Source of the DNA: Bacillota bacterium
GTDB lineage: Bacteria; Bacillota; DTU065
Direction of reading: 5' to 3'
Assembly: GCA_036721855.1 (NCBI GenBank)
Contig: DAIMKF010000004.1
Span: 17,834 to 81,833, forward strand
Length of the DNA: 64,000 nt
Shown here one piece after another: positions 52,736 to 61,218 of the stretch. A model generated the notes under the pieces. That model saw nothing but the letters and a program-made list of their open reading frames with translations. It was not told the DNA's origin and ran no database searches. Position 1 is the stretch's first letter, and each line of letters opens with the position of its first letter. The translations under genes and the position numbers were made by a program.

Positions 52736-52963
52736 TTTAAACCCTCCCCCCTCTTTTTATTTCACTTAAGATAAAAACATTCCTTTGGGTTTTGTAAGAA
52801 GGCAAAGATTGTAAAAATACCACGGGTGGGCAAACGCTTTTTTTAATATCCACCCAAAGACTAAAACCAACCCTTTCTCCCTTTTAATATTATAAAAAAA
52901 GATAACCGTTAACCTACTCAAGAAGAGTACCCAATCTAAAAGACTTAGTGTTTTTTTCATTTT

Positions 52964-55336
52964 TTAGTTTTTCTTAAAAAACTCCCTGGCGATCTTGACT
53001 GCTTCTCTGGCATCCCTTCCGTAATAATCAGCCCCGATTAGGTCCGCGTATTCTTTATTAAGAACGGCTCCGCCTACCATAACTTTGCAATTTAAGCCCT
53101 CTTTCTTGATAGCGGCAATGGTTTTTTCCATATTCTTTACTGTTGTAGTCATTAAGGCACTTAAACCTAAAAGCGGGATCCTTTCTTCTTTAACTGTTTT
53201 TAAGATAACTTGTTGAGAAACATCCCTACCTAGATCGATAACTTTAAAACCATAGTTTTCCAGTAAGAGTTTGACCATATTCTTCCCGATATCGTGAATA
53301 TCACCTTCAACAGTTGCCAAGACAATCTTTCCTTTGTTTAGATCAAGGCTTTTTTCTTTGTCTTTTAAACTATGGGTTTTAATAACCTCAAAAGCTACTT
53401 TTGTGGTTTCAGCTGCCTGGATCAGGTGAGGTAGGTAAAGCTCCCCTTTTTCATATTTTAGACCAACTTCATCTAAAGCCGGTATTATATATTGGTCAAT
53501 TACCTCCAGGGGGGTTAACTTTTTAAGCAGTTTTTGGGTTACCGCAGGTGCGGCAGCTTTTAATCCACACCCAATAACTTTTTTAAGATCTTCTTCTATT
53601 ATTTGGGCTTTCGGGTCTTGTTTTTTTACATTGCTATATCTAGTCAGAAAGTTTGTGGCTGTAACATCAAAGGCCAATAAAAGGTTACATGCATCAAAGG
53701 TTTTTATCATCTCTGCATCTAGTGGATCAATTATGGCTGCGTTAAGACCCGCACCTAAGGCCAAAGCTAAAAAGGTCTTGTTAAGCAAAGTTCTATTTGG
53801 TAGCCCAAAAGAAACGTTACTGATTCCAAGGACAGTTTTTACACCTAGCTCTTTTTTGATTAATCTTATGGCTTTAAGTGTTTCTAGAATCTGGTTTTGT
53901 TCTGTTGAGGCTGTAAGCACCAAACAGTCTATAATTAAATCTTCTTTGTCTATACCATATTGAGCGGCTTTTTTTACTATCCTCTTAGCAATCTCAAGTC
54001 TTTTTTCAGCTGTAGGAGGGATACCTTTTTCATCTAGGGTTAAACATACCGCGCACGCACCATATTTTTTAACCAGGGGAAACAGCTCTGCCATTACTTC
54101 TTCTTTCCCGTTGACAGAGTTAATAAGTGGTTTGCCGTTATAAACTCTTACCGCAGCTTCAAGGACATCTCTATTCATACTATCAATTGACAGAGGAAGA
54201 TCGATTATGCCTTGCAGCTGTTTAATAACCTCTAACATGGTCGTAACTTCATCGATTTCAGGTAGGCCAACATTTACATCAAGCAGATCGACCCCAGCTT
54301 CCTTTTGCCTGATAGCTTCTTGTAAAAGCGCAGTATAATCTTTCTGTTTTAGCGCTTCTTGAAGGTATCTTTTGCCTGTAGGATTTAGCCTCTCGCCGAT
54401 AACTGCCGGTTTTTCACCGATAATAACTGTTTTTGTGGCTGAACTAACCGCCGTTAGTTTTTGTATTTGGCGTTTTAACGGCTTAACTGTTTTTAATTCG
54501 TTTTTTAGAGTTTGAATATACTTAGGATTAGTTCCGCAACATCCTCCGATAAACGACACACCTTTTTGGACCATTAGCTTGGCGAAACTCGCAAATTCCT
54601 CTGGTCCTATCTCAAAGACAGTCTCTCCCTGGCTCTCTTTAGGCAGTCCCGCATTAGGTCTTGCGATTACAGGCACTTTTGCATATTTAACTATCTCTTC
54701 CAGCAGAGGTAGCGTTTCTTTGGGGCCTAAAGAGCAATTGATACCTAGGGCTTTAACCCCTAACCCTGAAATGGTATTAACCATAGTAAGAGGATCAGTC
54801 CCCATTAGAGTTTTTCCGTCGGCTTGAAAAGTCATGGTGGCAAATACCGGGAGATTACTGTTTTCGGTAGCTGCCAGAACGGCCACCTTAAGTTCATAAA
54901 GATCGGTCATGGTCTCAATTAAAATTAAATCTGCCCCGGCTTCAGTTCCCAAGATTACCTGCTCTTTAAATAAAAGATAGGCCTCATTAAAAGATAGCGT
55001 CCCATAGGGCTGTATGAACTGGCCGAGAGGACCGATATCTAAAGCCACCAGTATATCTTTGGCGGCTTGACGGGCTATTTTTACACCTAAAGGTACAATT
55101 TCTTTGACACTCAAACCATATTGGCTGAGTTTAAGAGAATTCGCACCAAAAGTGTTGGTGGTAATGATATCTGCCCCAGCTTGAATATACTCGCCATGGA
55201 TTTGGGCGATTAGTTCTTGGCTTGAAATATTGTAACTTTCCGGCGGTTGCCCGGTTTTAAGGCCATAACTTTGCAGTAAAGTGCCCATTGCTCCATCAAA
55301 AAGCAGAATGTTCTCATAATCGATTTTCCTTTTCAC
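52964..55336 (-). CDS. metH: Cobalamin-dependent methionine synthase (Hcy-binding, pterin-binding, cap and B12 domains; no activation domain)
   Basis: FDGAMGT, GINCS, IGGCCGT, IGERLNPTG, EGDIHDIGKN. The GTG start overlaps the upstream stop (GTGA). Confidence 0.92.
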   Translation of the reverse strand: MKRKIDYENILLFDGAMGTLLQSYGLKTGQPPESYNISSQELIAQIHGEYIQAGADIITTNTFGANSLKLSQYGLSVKEIVPLGVKIARQAAKDILVALDIGPLGQFIQPYGTLSFNEAYLLFKEQVILGTEAGADLILIETMTDLYELKVAVLAATENSNLPVFATMTFQADGKTLMGTDPLTMVNTISGLGVKALGINCSLGPKETLPLLEEIVKYAKVPVIARPNAGLPKESQGETVFEIGPEEFASFAKLMVQKGVSFIGGCCGTNPKYIQTLKNELKTVKPLKRQIQKLTAVSSATKTVIIGEKPAVIGERLNPTGKRYLQEALKQKDYTALLQEAIRQKEAGVDLLDVNVGLPEIDEVTTMLEVIKQLQGIIDLPLSIDSMNRDVLEAAVRVYNGKPLINSVNGKEEVMAELFPLVKKYGACAVCLTLDEKGIPPTAEKRLEIAKRIVKKAAQYGIDKEDLIIDCLVLTASTEQNQILETLKAIRLIKKELGVKTVLGISNVSFGLPNRTLLNKTFLALALGAGLNAAIIDPLDAEMIKTFDACNLLLAFDVTATNFLTRYSNVKKQDPKAQIIEEDLKKVIGCGLKAAAPAVTQKLLKKLTPLEVIDQYIIPALDEVGLKYEKGELYLPHLIQAAETTKVAFEVIKTHSLKDKEKSLDLNKGKIVLATVEGDIHDIGKNMVKLLLENYGFKVIDLGRDVSQQVILKTVKEERIPLLGLSALMTTTVKNMEKTIAAIKKEGLNCKVMVGGAVLNKEYADLIGADYYGRDAREAVKIAREFFKKN

Positions 55337-55995
55337 TCTTGTGGCTCCCTTCTCAACCGACAATTAACCATCTTACAGTCTGAGCATCTTTTATTGGTTG
55401 GAGCATTAACTGACGGAGTTTTAGTTAGACCTATTATGGCTGTGATTGATTTTCTGGGGATCATAAGAGAGCTTTTTGTAACCGTAAGGCCTATTTTACT
55501 GTAAGCGTTTAAAAGATTAAGCAGCTGCTGTTGCGCTTCCAAAGGGAAATCACCATAACCGGGGCTATACCTTTTAGTAAGAAAAAACCCATTTTCAGAG
55601 GCGAAAACGCCAATAAGATCGCAAACCTCATCACCATATGCTTCAATGGCTGTTGAGGCCGTGGCATCCATTACCATTGCTTTTAAGAGATCTGACTGTG
55701 CATAATAGTCAATTTTTTTATCAACTTCACTGCCGAGGGTAACCGCCATTACCGCACAATAAGAAGAGTCTCGGAGGTGATTTTGAAGATCGCGACTTTT
55801 AAAAGACAAGAAGCTTTCCTGTAGTTTGATCTGATCAGCTTCGCTTTCTATCCTGTAAATTTCATAAACATTTTTTGGACGGACAAGGTTAAATATTTCA
55901 CTGCTGCATGCTTCGATTAAATTTCTAATATCTGCTTCTATTTTTAATCCCCGATAACCTAAATAACGCAAAACTTCGTTCTGATTAATCTTCAT
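55333..55995 (-). CDS. Stand-alone B12-dependent methionine synthase activation domain
   Basis: AVTLGSEVD, MDATASTAIE, RYSPGYGDFPL, MIPRKSITAIIG. Confidence 0.88.
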   Translation of the reverse strand: MKINQNEVLRYLGYRGLKIEADIRNLIEACSSEIFNLVRPKNVYEIYRIESEADQIKLQESFLSFKSRDLQNHLRDSSYCAVMAVTLGSEVDKKIDYYAQSDLLKAMVMDATASTAIEAYGDEVCDLIGVFASENGFFLTKRYSPGYGDFPLEAQQQLLNLLNAYSKIGLTVTKSSLMIPRKSITAIIGLTKTPSVNAPTNKRCSDCKMVNCRLRREPQE

Positions 55996-56872
55996 GGATA
56001 AAACTTCCTCTAATATTTTTAATGTTGGCATATACTTTTGCGGCAACTTTAGGGCTATTCATAGTATAGAGGTGAATGCCGTCTACACCGCTGGCTAATA
56101 GATCAACTATCTGCTCGGAGGCATATATTATACCTGCTTCTTTTAATGCTTCAGGTTTATTTTCATAAACCGAAAGAAGCCTTTTTAATTTCGGTGGGAG
56201 GCTAGCACCACAAAGCTCTGTAATTAGTTCAATCTGCTTTTTATTTACCACCGGCATAATTCCAGCTGATACCGGGCAGTCGATTCCTAGGGCCGCTAAT
56301 TTTTCCTGGAAGTTATAAAATAAGTTATTATCAAAAAACATCTGGGTAATTAGAAAATCAACACCACAGTTAACTTTTTCTTTTAAGTATTGCAGATCGT
56401 CTTCTAGACTTATACAGTCAATATGACCTTCCGGGTAACAAGCAGCTGCTAGGTAAAATCCCTCTAAAGATTTAATATGGGTGATTAAATCTTTGGCATA
56501 TTCATAATCTGCCTTAACTTGAATCATCCTATCGAAATCTTGAGGTGTATCGCCTCTTAAGGCCAGAATATTTTTTATATTCTTAGAACGCAGTTCGGCT
56601 AATAAAGCCTCGATTTCGTCTCTGGTACTACCTATACAAGATAAATGAGCTAGTGTTTCAATTCCATACCTGTTTTTAATGATATCGGCTATCTCAACAG
56701 TTAGTTCCCTGCTGCTGCCGCCTGCTCCGTAAGTTACACTGATAAAATCAGGACAAAGATCAATTACGGCTTCAATTATAGCCAGTACACTTTTTAAGGA
56801 CATATTCCCCTTTGGTGGAAATATCTCTAAGGACATCACCGGTCTTTTACCGAACATCTTTTTAATCTCCAT
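55985..56872 (-). CDS. metF: 5,10-methylenetetrahydrofolate reductase
   Basis: SLEIFPPK, ISVTYGAGGS, LAHLSC, LALRGD, ACYPEGH, ITQMFFD, IHLYTMN. Confidence 0.93.
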   Translation of the reverse strand: MEIKKMFGKRPVMSLEIFPPKGNMSLKSVLAIIEAVIDLCPDFISVTYGAGGSSRELTVEIADIIKNRYGIETLAHLSCIGSTRDEIEALLAELRSKNIKNILALRGDTPQDFDRMIQVKADYEYAKDLITHIKSLEGFYLAAACYPEGHIDCISLEDDLQYLKEKVNCGVDFLITQMFFDNNLFYNFQEKLAALGIDCPVSAGIMPVVNKKQIELITELCGASLPPKLKRLLSVYENKPEALKEAGIIYASEQIVDLLASGVDGIHLYTMNSPKVAAKVYANIKNIRGSFIHED

Positions 56873-56888
56873 CAGAAAATTTCTCCTT

Positions 56889-57613
56889 TTAGAAATGAAC
56901 TAGATTAATTTCTCCAAAGGCTCCGATTTTATCTTTGATAATTATAACTGCTCCTAAAACACCGGTTATGGTTTGGGCGAATTCGAGGCCTTTTTCTATA
57001 TCCCGGCCATCTTTAACCAAATTGCAGACAGCTGTTGCCATGGCATCTGCTAAAACCACATCAAAAGACACTATTACTGCGGCATCGGCTTGGCCAAAGC
57101 TTAGGGAGTTACACCTACCGTACCACTAGAGGTGGCTATCCCGACAGGGCGGTTTTTCCCTGGAATTAAAAGAGCGATTTTATTAGAAAGCGGTGAGTCA
57201 CCTGCATAGATTAAGACTCTCCTGTCGTTCTTATTTTTCATATAAATATCGCCGCCATTTTCAATAATAACTTCCTCACTTAAACTGGTAAGCGCTTGGC
57301 CCACATATAAAGCAAGAGCTCCTGCTACCGAAGCCATAGGCCCAACTCCTGCTTTTTTTGCTGCCAGACACATATGCCGAATAATCATAGGTGCGTTTTC
57401 ATGTGGTTTGATTGGAGTTAAGCTGACTAAAAATTCCTTGTCTGTCTTGAGGTAATCTTTTATCTCTTGCCGGTATTTTAATAGTTGTCTTCTGGCTTCT
57501 TTGGATAGATCGGATTTGGCCAATATCTGTAAATCTGATTCTCCTTCAGTCACATTAAACTGCCATAGATCCGCTGCTTGCATCTTTTGGCGGTATAATC
57601 TATTTTGAAACAT
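56889..57613 (-). pseudogene. UPF0280 (ApbE-like, MA1715-type) protein, frameshifted
   Basis: VGPMASVAGA, IENGGDI, ATSSGTVG, then a shift near 57110 (GTA GGT GT AAC TCC) into NSLSFGQADAAVIV...LADAMATAVCN. Confidence 0.85.
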
Positions 57614-57633
57614 TTTTACCTCCAAATACTAAA

Positions 57634-57858
57634 TCAACTGGATTTACTTATTACTACTTCAGTTCTACTCAGGGAGTTACATACCTTTATAACTCTTAAC
57701 GGACAAGCTCTTAGACATAAACCACAGCCAGTGCATTTGTTTTTATCGAATACCAGACTCCAAAAGACTGTTTCCATAAACAAAGCCTGTGATTTACAAA
57801 CTGCTGTGCATGCACCACAGTCAACACAATTTTTTCTTTCAATTTGAATTTCACTCAT
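57634..57858 (-). CDS. 2x[4Fe-4S] ferredoxin (MA1822-like, without NIL domain)
   Basis: CVDCGACTAVC and CTGCGLCLRACP. The start overlaps the upstream stop. Confidence 0.8.
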   Translation of the reverse strand: MSEIQIERKNCVDCGACTAVCKSQALFMETVFWSLVFDKNKCTGCGLCLRACPLRVIKVCNSLSRTEVVISKSS

Positions 57859-59020
57859 TGCTTAACCCCTCTTTGAGTAGATTTAAACTATTAACTTCAG
57901 CAAAAGCTGTGATCGGCTCTTGTAAAGTTAGTTTTCCTTTTTCAACCCACTTCTTTAACTCCAGCGCAATCTCTCTGGCTTTTTTAAGACTTGATAAAGG
58001 TGCTGTTTTGATTGTTTTACCTTGTAGTGTTACTTGCCCGCTCCTTAATTGGGTATAACTTACTCTACCTAAGCTGGGTTTTTTGCAGCTTTGAACACTA
58101 AAATCCAGGACATCGGTATAGATATCCTTATTTTCAACAATTAGATTTTGAAGCATCTCTTCGTCAAGTACTGGAATGGGTATACCTATGCCCACAAACA
58201 TGGAAGTGCCGTATTTTTCAAAGACGGCTGGTTTGATGTACCTCTCTTGCATCTGTTTCAAATCCCCAATTACAGCCAGAGAAGCAGCCGCCGAAAGAGG
58301 AACCCCGTTTTGGGAGCGTATTTTACCTGTAGTAAATTGTGTTCCTTGCCAAGCGATATAGCCGATGGCACCGGCTAAAAATATTCTCGTCCCGACTCCA
58401 AGTGTCCGAAGATACGGATCGTTAAGCAAAGGGCTTAATTGTCCTGAAGTTGAGTAGTTAATATTAGCCATGTTGGGCTCTAAAACACCCATATAGGTAT
58501 AGAGGGTTCTCGTTAAGGTGTTGGTCGCTGCGGGGTAATTTTGATAACAGTTTCTGGGATTAAATAAATAAGCTTCGTTTATGGTATCTTTGGTTATATA
58601 AGCAGCTATTTTTTTTCGAGGATAACAATCAGTCCCAGAAGAAGCAGCTTCTAAATATACCTTTTTACCGGCTATAAGATCACAGATAACATGGGCTCCG
58701 CCATATTCAATACCTTGATCTTTGGAAGGTTCTGTAGCACCGATATAGGCATCTACGGCCGCAAGTCCGGCATAAGCCTTGACCTTGTTTAGAGATATTT
58801 TTGTCATTCTAATCGGCGGCTCAGAGTGACCAAAGTTTAAAAAGGCTCCCGAAGAACACATCGGTCCAAATGTAGCTGTGGTAACTACATCAACATACTT
58901 AGCTGTTTCTTTTAGACCTTTTTCCTTGTAAATATCAATTATTTCCTCAGCTGTAGCAACTACCACTTCGCCATTTTTTATCTTTTGGTTTATCTCAGCA
59001 AAGGTTTTTCTTACCGACAT
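57851..59020 (-). CDS. Homocysteine biosynthesis protein (DUF39, L-aspartate semialdehyde sulfurtransferase, MA1821-like)
   Basis: RKTFAEINQKIK, VDVVTTATFGPMCSSGAFLNFGH, GTDCYPR, LFNPRNCYQNY, SPLLNDP. ATG 59020 follows AAGGGGG. Confidence 0.9.
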   Translation of the reverse strand: MSVRKTFAEINQKIKNGEVVVATAEEIIDIYKEKGLKETAKYVDVVTTATFGPMCSSGAFLNFGHSEPPIRMTKISLNKVKAYAGLAAVDAYIGATEPSKDQGIEYGGAHVICDLIAGKKVYLEAASSGTDCYPRKKIAAYITKDTINEAYLFNPRNCYQNYPAATNTLTRTLYTYMGVLEPNMANINYSTSGQLSPLLNDPYLRTLGVGTRIFLAGAIGYIAWQGTQFTTGKIRSQNGVPLSAAASLAVIGDLKQMQERYIKPAVFEKYGTSMFVGIGIPIPVLDEEMLQNLIVENKDIYTDVLDFSVQSCKKPSLGRVSYTQLRSGQVTLQGKTIKTAPLSSLKKAREIALELKKWVEKGKLTLQEPITAFAEVNSLNLLKEGLSNE

Positions 59021-59042
59021 CAAAACTACCCCCTTATTTTTA

Positions 59043-59084
59043 AAATAGAAAAGCTGCTTTTCCGATAAGAAAAGCAGCTTTTTC
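59043..59084 (-). terminator. Riboswitch expression-platform terminator
   Basis: GAAAAAGCTGCTTTTC-TTATC-GGAAAAGCAGCTTTTC plus TATTTT. The 5' arm and loop (CTTATC) can pair with the aptamer's GATAAG to form the antiterminator. Confidence 0.85.
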
Positions 59085-59109
59085 ATTTTAACTAAAAAAA
59101 TGGCTGTTT

Positions 59110-59220
59110 GTCTTATCTTTCAGAATGATAAATCATCCTGCAGGAATTAACACCGCTGCATTTATAATGCCGGTTGTCGAGCTTCATAGGGCCAGTCCCT
59201 CAGCTACTCTTGATAAGAAA
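59110..59220 (-). ncRNA. SAM-I (S-box) riboswitch aptamer
   Basis: TTCTTATCAAGAGTAGCTGAGGGACTGGCCCTATGAAGCTCGACAACC...CGGTGTTAATTCCTGCAG...CTGAAAGATAAGA, canonical. Confidence 0.96.
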
Positions 59221-59238
59221 CGTTATTTAATTTTTTTT

Positions 59239-59267
59239 ATTTTATGTGATTAGAAGACTCTTGTCAA
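59239..59267 (-). promoter_or_regulatory. Sigma-A promoter of the met operon
   Basis: TTGACA-17 nt-TAAAAT. Confidence 0.8.
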
Positions 59268-59516
59268 CTGTTTTTTTGCTGCACCACAATTATAAGTGGC
59301 TAAAAGTATTACCTTACTTAGTTTTGCCAATATCATGTTTTAATCCTGGAAGATAATCACCGTGTTGTTTTACCCAACCTAAAAAGGCTCAACTTTACAG
59401 TTAGACCCTTTAAAAAATTATTCAAACCCACCAGATTAACTCGCAGCCCTTTTTGATGAGAAACTCTAAGTTAAATAAATCTTTGGCGTTTAACATCTGT
59501 AAGGTTCTTAGAAAGT

Positions 59517-59951
59517 TCAAAAAAAGCTAAGCGAAACAGAATCTCCTTTGGAACTCGCAACTTTAACCATTGCAAATGGTCCACTAAAACGCAGTCTAAG
59601 AAAGGCTTTGTTTAATTGCCAAGCGTTATGCAGAGTTAAATTTTCAGCTTTCACACCCCACTTTGCAAGTTTAAACTTTTCCCTTCTATCTGTAACTTTA
59701 TTTGGGACATCTTCTTTAATGACTAAAGCTTTTTTTGACTCATTAACCTTATTTTCTTCTAAATTGGAATTGGATGTTTCTCTTCTTGGACTTAAGCTAG
59801 CCGTAATATGGGCAAATACAGCCACTAAGAATGCAATATGAAAAGCTACACCGATTAGTAAAAGCGGCACAGGAATAAAGATACCTCTTTTCATATCAGT
59901 TGCTTTAACTGCAATTATAAGGAAAAAGTTAGGTCTTATCATCTCTTTCAC
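59517..59951 (-). CDS. Hypothetical membrane-anchored protein, third gene of the DUF2089 operon
   Basis: Hydrophobic IFIPVPLLLIG segment. C-terminal LRFSGPFAMVKV. Confidence 0.6.
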   Translation of the reverse strand: MKEMIRPNFFLIIAVKATDMKRGIFIPVPLLLIGVAFHIAFLVAVFAHITASLSPRRETSNSNLEENKVNESKKALVIKEDVPNKVTDRREKFKLAKWGVKAENLTLHNAWQLNKAFLRLRFSGPFAMVKVASSKGDSVSLSFF

Positions 59952-59965
59952 CTCTTGGGGTTTGT

Positions 59966-60331
59966 CTATTCTAAGTAGATTGACACCTTGGCCCCATTTT
60001 TTTCCTGAATATCTACCAACTTTCCATCTGCTCCTTCTTCAATAGCTTTTATTATTTCATTAAGATCAATGTTTTGATTTTCAAGCTGAGTTTTAGCTTC
60101 CTTGGGAATAAAGGAGAGTCCCAATTTAACCAGGGAAATAGGTAGGTTGATTTTAACTTGATCTTCACCATCCATAACTTCAATACGTAGGAATCTTTTT
60201 GAGTTGCTCGTTTTCACAACAGGCAATTGCTCCGCATCTGCCATTTCGGCAAATAGTTTTTCAGCCTCTTCAATACTTATTTTCTTCTCTTTCACCATTT
60301 GCAAAACTTTTATTCTTTCTTCAGAATTCAT
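59966..60331 (-). CDS. SHOCT-like / YvlB-like N-terminal domain protein
   Basis: MNSEERIKVLQMVKEKKISIEEAEKL, then FLRIEV...VKINLPISL...KLVDI. Confidence 0.75.
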   Translation of the reverse strand: MNSEERIKVLQMVKEKKISIEEAEKLFAEMADAEQLPVVKTSNSKRFLRIEVMDGEDQVKINLPISLVKLGLSFIPKEAKTQLENQNIDLNEIIKAIEEGADGKLVDIQEKNGAKVSIYLE

Positions 60332-60714
60332 TGTGATCCTCCTTTTAGTTGTTCTAAAGCTTCAGGTAAATCTATCTCGCCCTTGTCTAATTTTTCCAAT
60401 ACCTCAAGCCGATTGACTATTTTGGGTTCTTCTATCACCTCATATCCTAAAGCTCTGATAACTCTATCCAATCTGCTTTTTACTGTGGGGTAGGAAATAT
60501 TCAATTCCTTTTCCACATCCTTAATACTACCCCGGCATTTAATAAAGACCTCGATGAATTCGCGATTTTCCTGATCCAGCTTACAAAAACTACATACTGA
60601 AAAGTTGCCACTAATCTCTGTCTTACAAGCACTGCATTTTAATCTTGTTACTTCTAACTCTCCTGCACAGACAGGGCAGGTTCCTAACATTTTCTTTCTC
60701 ACTGTCTTCACCAA
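60328..60714 (-). CDS. DUF2089-family zinc-ribbon/HTH protein
   Basis: CPVC...CSAC, FIEVFIKCRGSIKDVEKELNISYPTVKSRLD, and a C-terminal SHOCT-like EVLEKLDKGEI. Confidence 0.85.
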   Translation of the reverse strand: MVKTVRKKMLGTCPVCAGELEVTRLKCSACKTEISGNFSVCSFCKLDQENREFIEVFIKCRGSIKDVEKELNISYPTVKSRLDRVIRALGYEVIEEPKIVNRLEVLEKLDKGEIDLPEALEQLKGGSQ

Positions 60715-60802
60715 CTCATTTCGCGACTATCGTCTGCGATTTTATTTTTAAAAACCAGGTAAGTTAAGCTTAGCTACAATACTTTAATCGCTTCTCTCTT
60801 TT

Positions 60803-60892
60803 TATTAATATTATAGATCCAGATATTAATATTGTCAATGTCTATATTAATAATTTAACTTAGCCGCTTGATATTTAGCTCTGTTATTAATA
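60803..60892. repeat. Four copies of the palindrome TATTAATA (putative operator array)
   Basis: Copies start at 60803, 60824, 60845 and 60885 (spacings 21, 21, 40). Confidence 0.7.
60810..60838 (-). promoter_or_regulatory. Perfect-consensus sigma-A promoter of the DUF2089 operon
   Basis: TTGACA-17 nt-TATAAT. Confidence 0.85.
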
Positions 60893-61218
60893 AAGAACTT
60901 AATTTTATTTTTCAATTTGCAAGGTGATTGTTCTTTATACTCACAACTACTGCACTAATTTTTTTATTATTAAAGGTTTATTTATAAATACGGAGAATAA
61001 ATTAAATGTTGTTTTTGCTCGGCACTATTGCAACTCGTTTTAATCGTCGGTAAACATTAACCCAAGCAAAAAACCTAAAGCGTATAAGAAGGTATCTGTA
61101 TCACGGATCCAATTCTTTAATTCCCCCACCTTGTTTATCATTAATTCAAGTTAAATACATGCTCACTTGGAGGTGTAGATTAAGTTTCTCCTCAATTAAA
61201 CAATCTGGAGGGTTATTT

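Noticed and set aside
52766-52960. 64-aa ORF between metH and DUF4153
   Set aside because: No RBS or motif, and it has low-complexity AT-rich composition; likely intergenic.
57100-57120. Programmed ribosomal frameshift in UPF0280
   Set aside because: No slippery heptamer or downstream stimulatory structure was seen.
59021-59086. N-terminal extension of DUF39 given by the ORF track (start 59086)
   Set aside because: It overlaps the riboswitch terminator. ATG 59020 has a good RBS and matches the family start.
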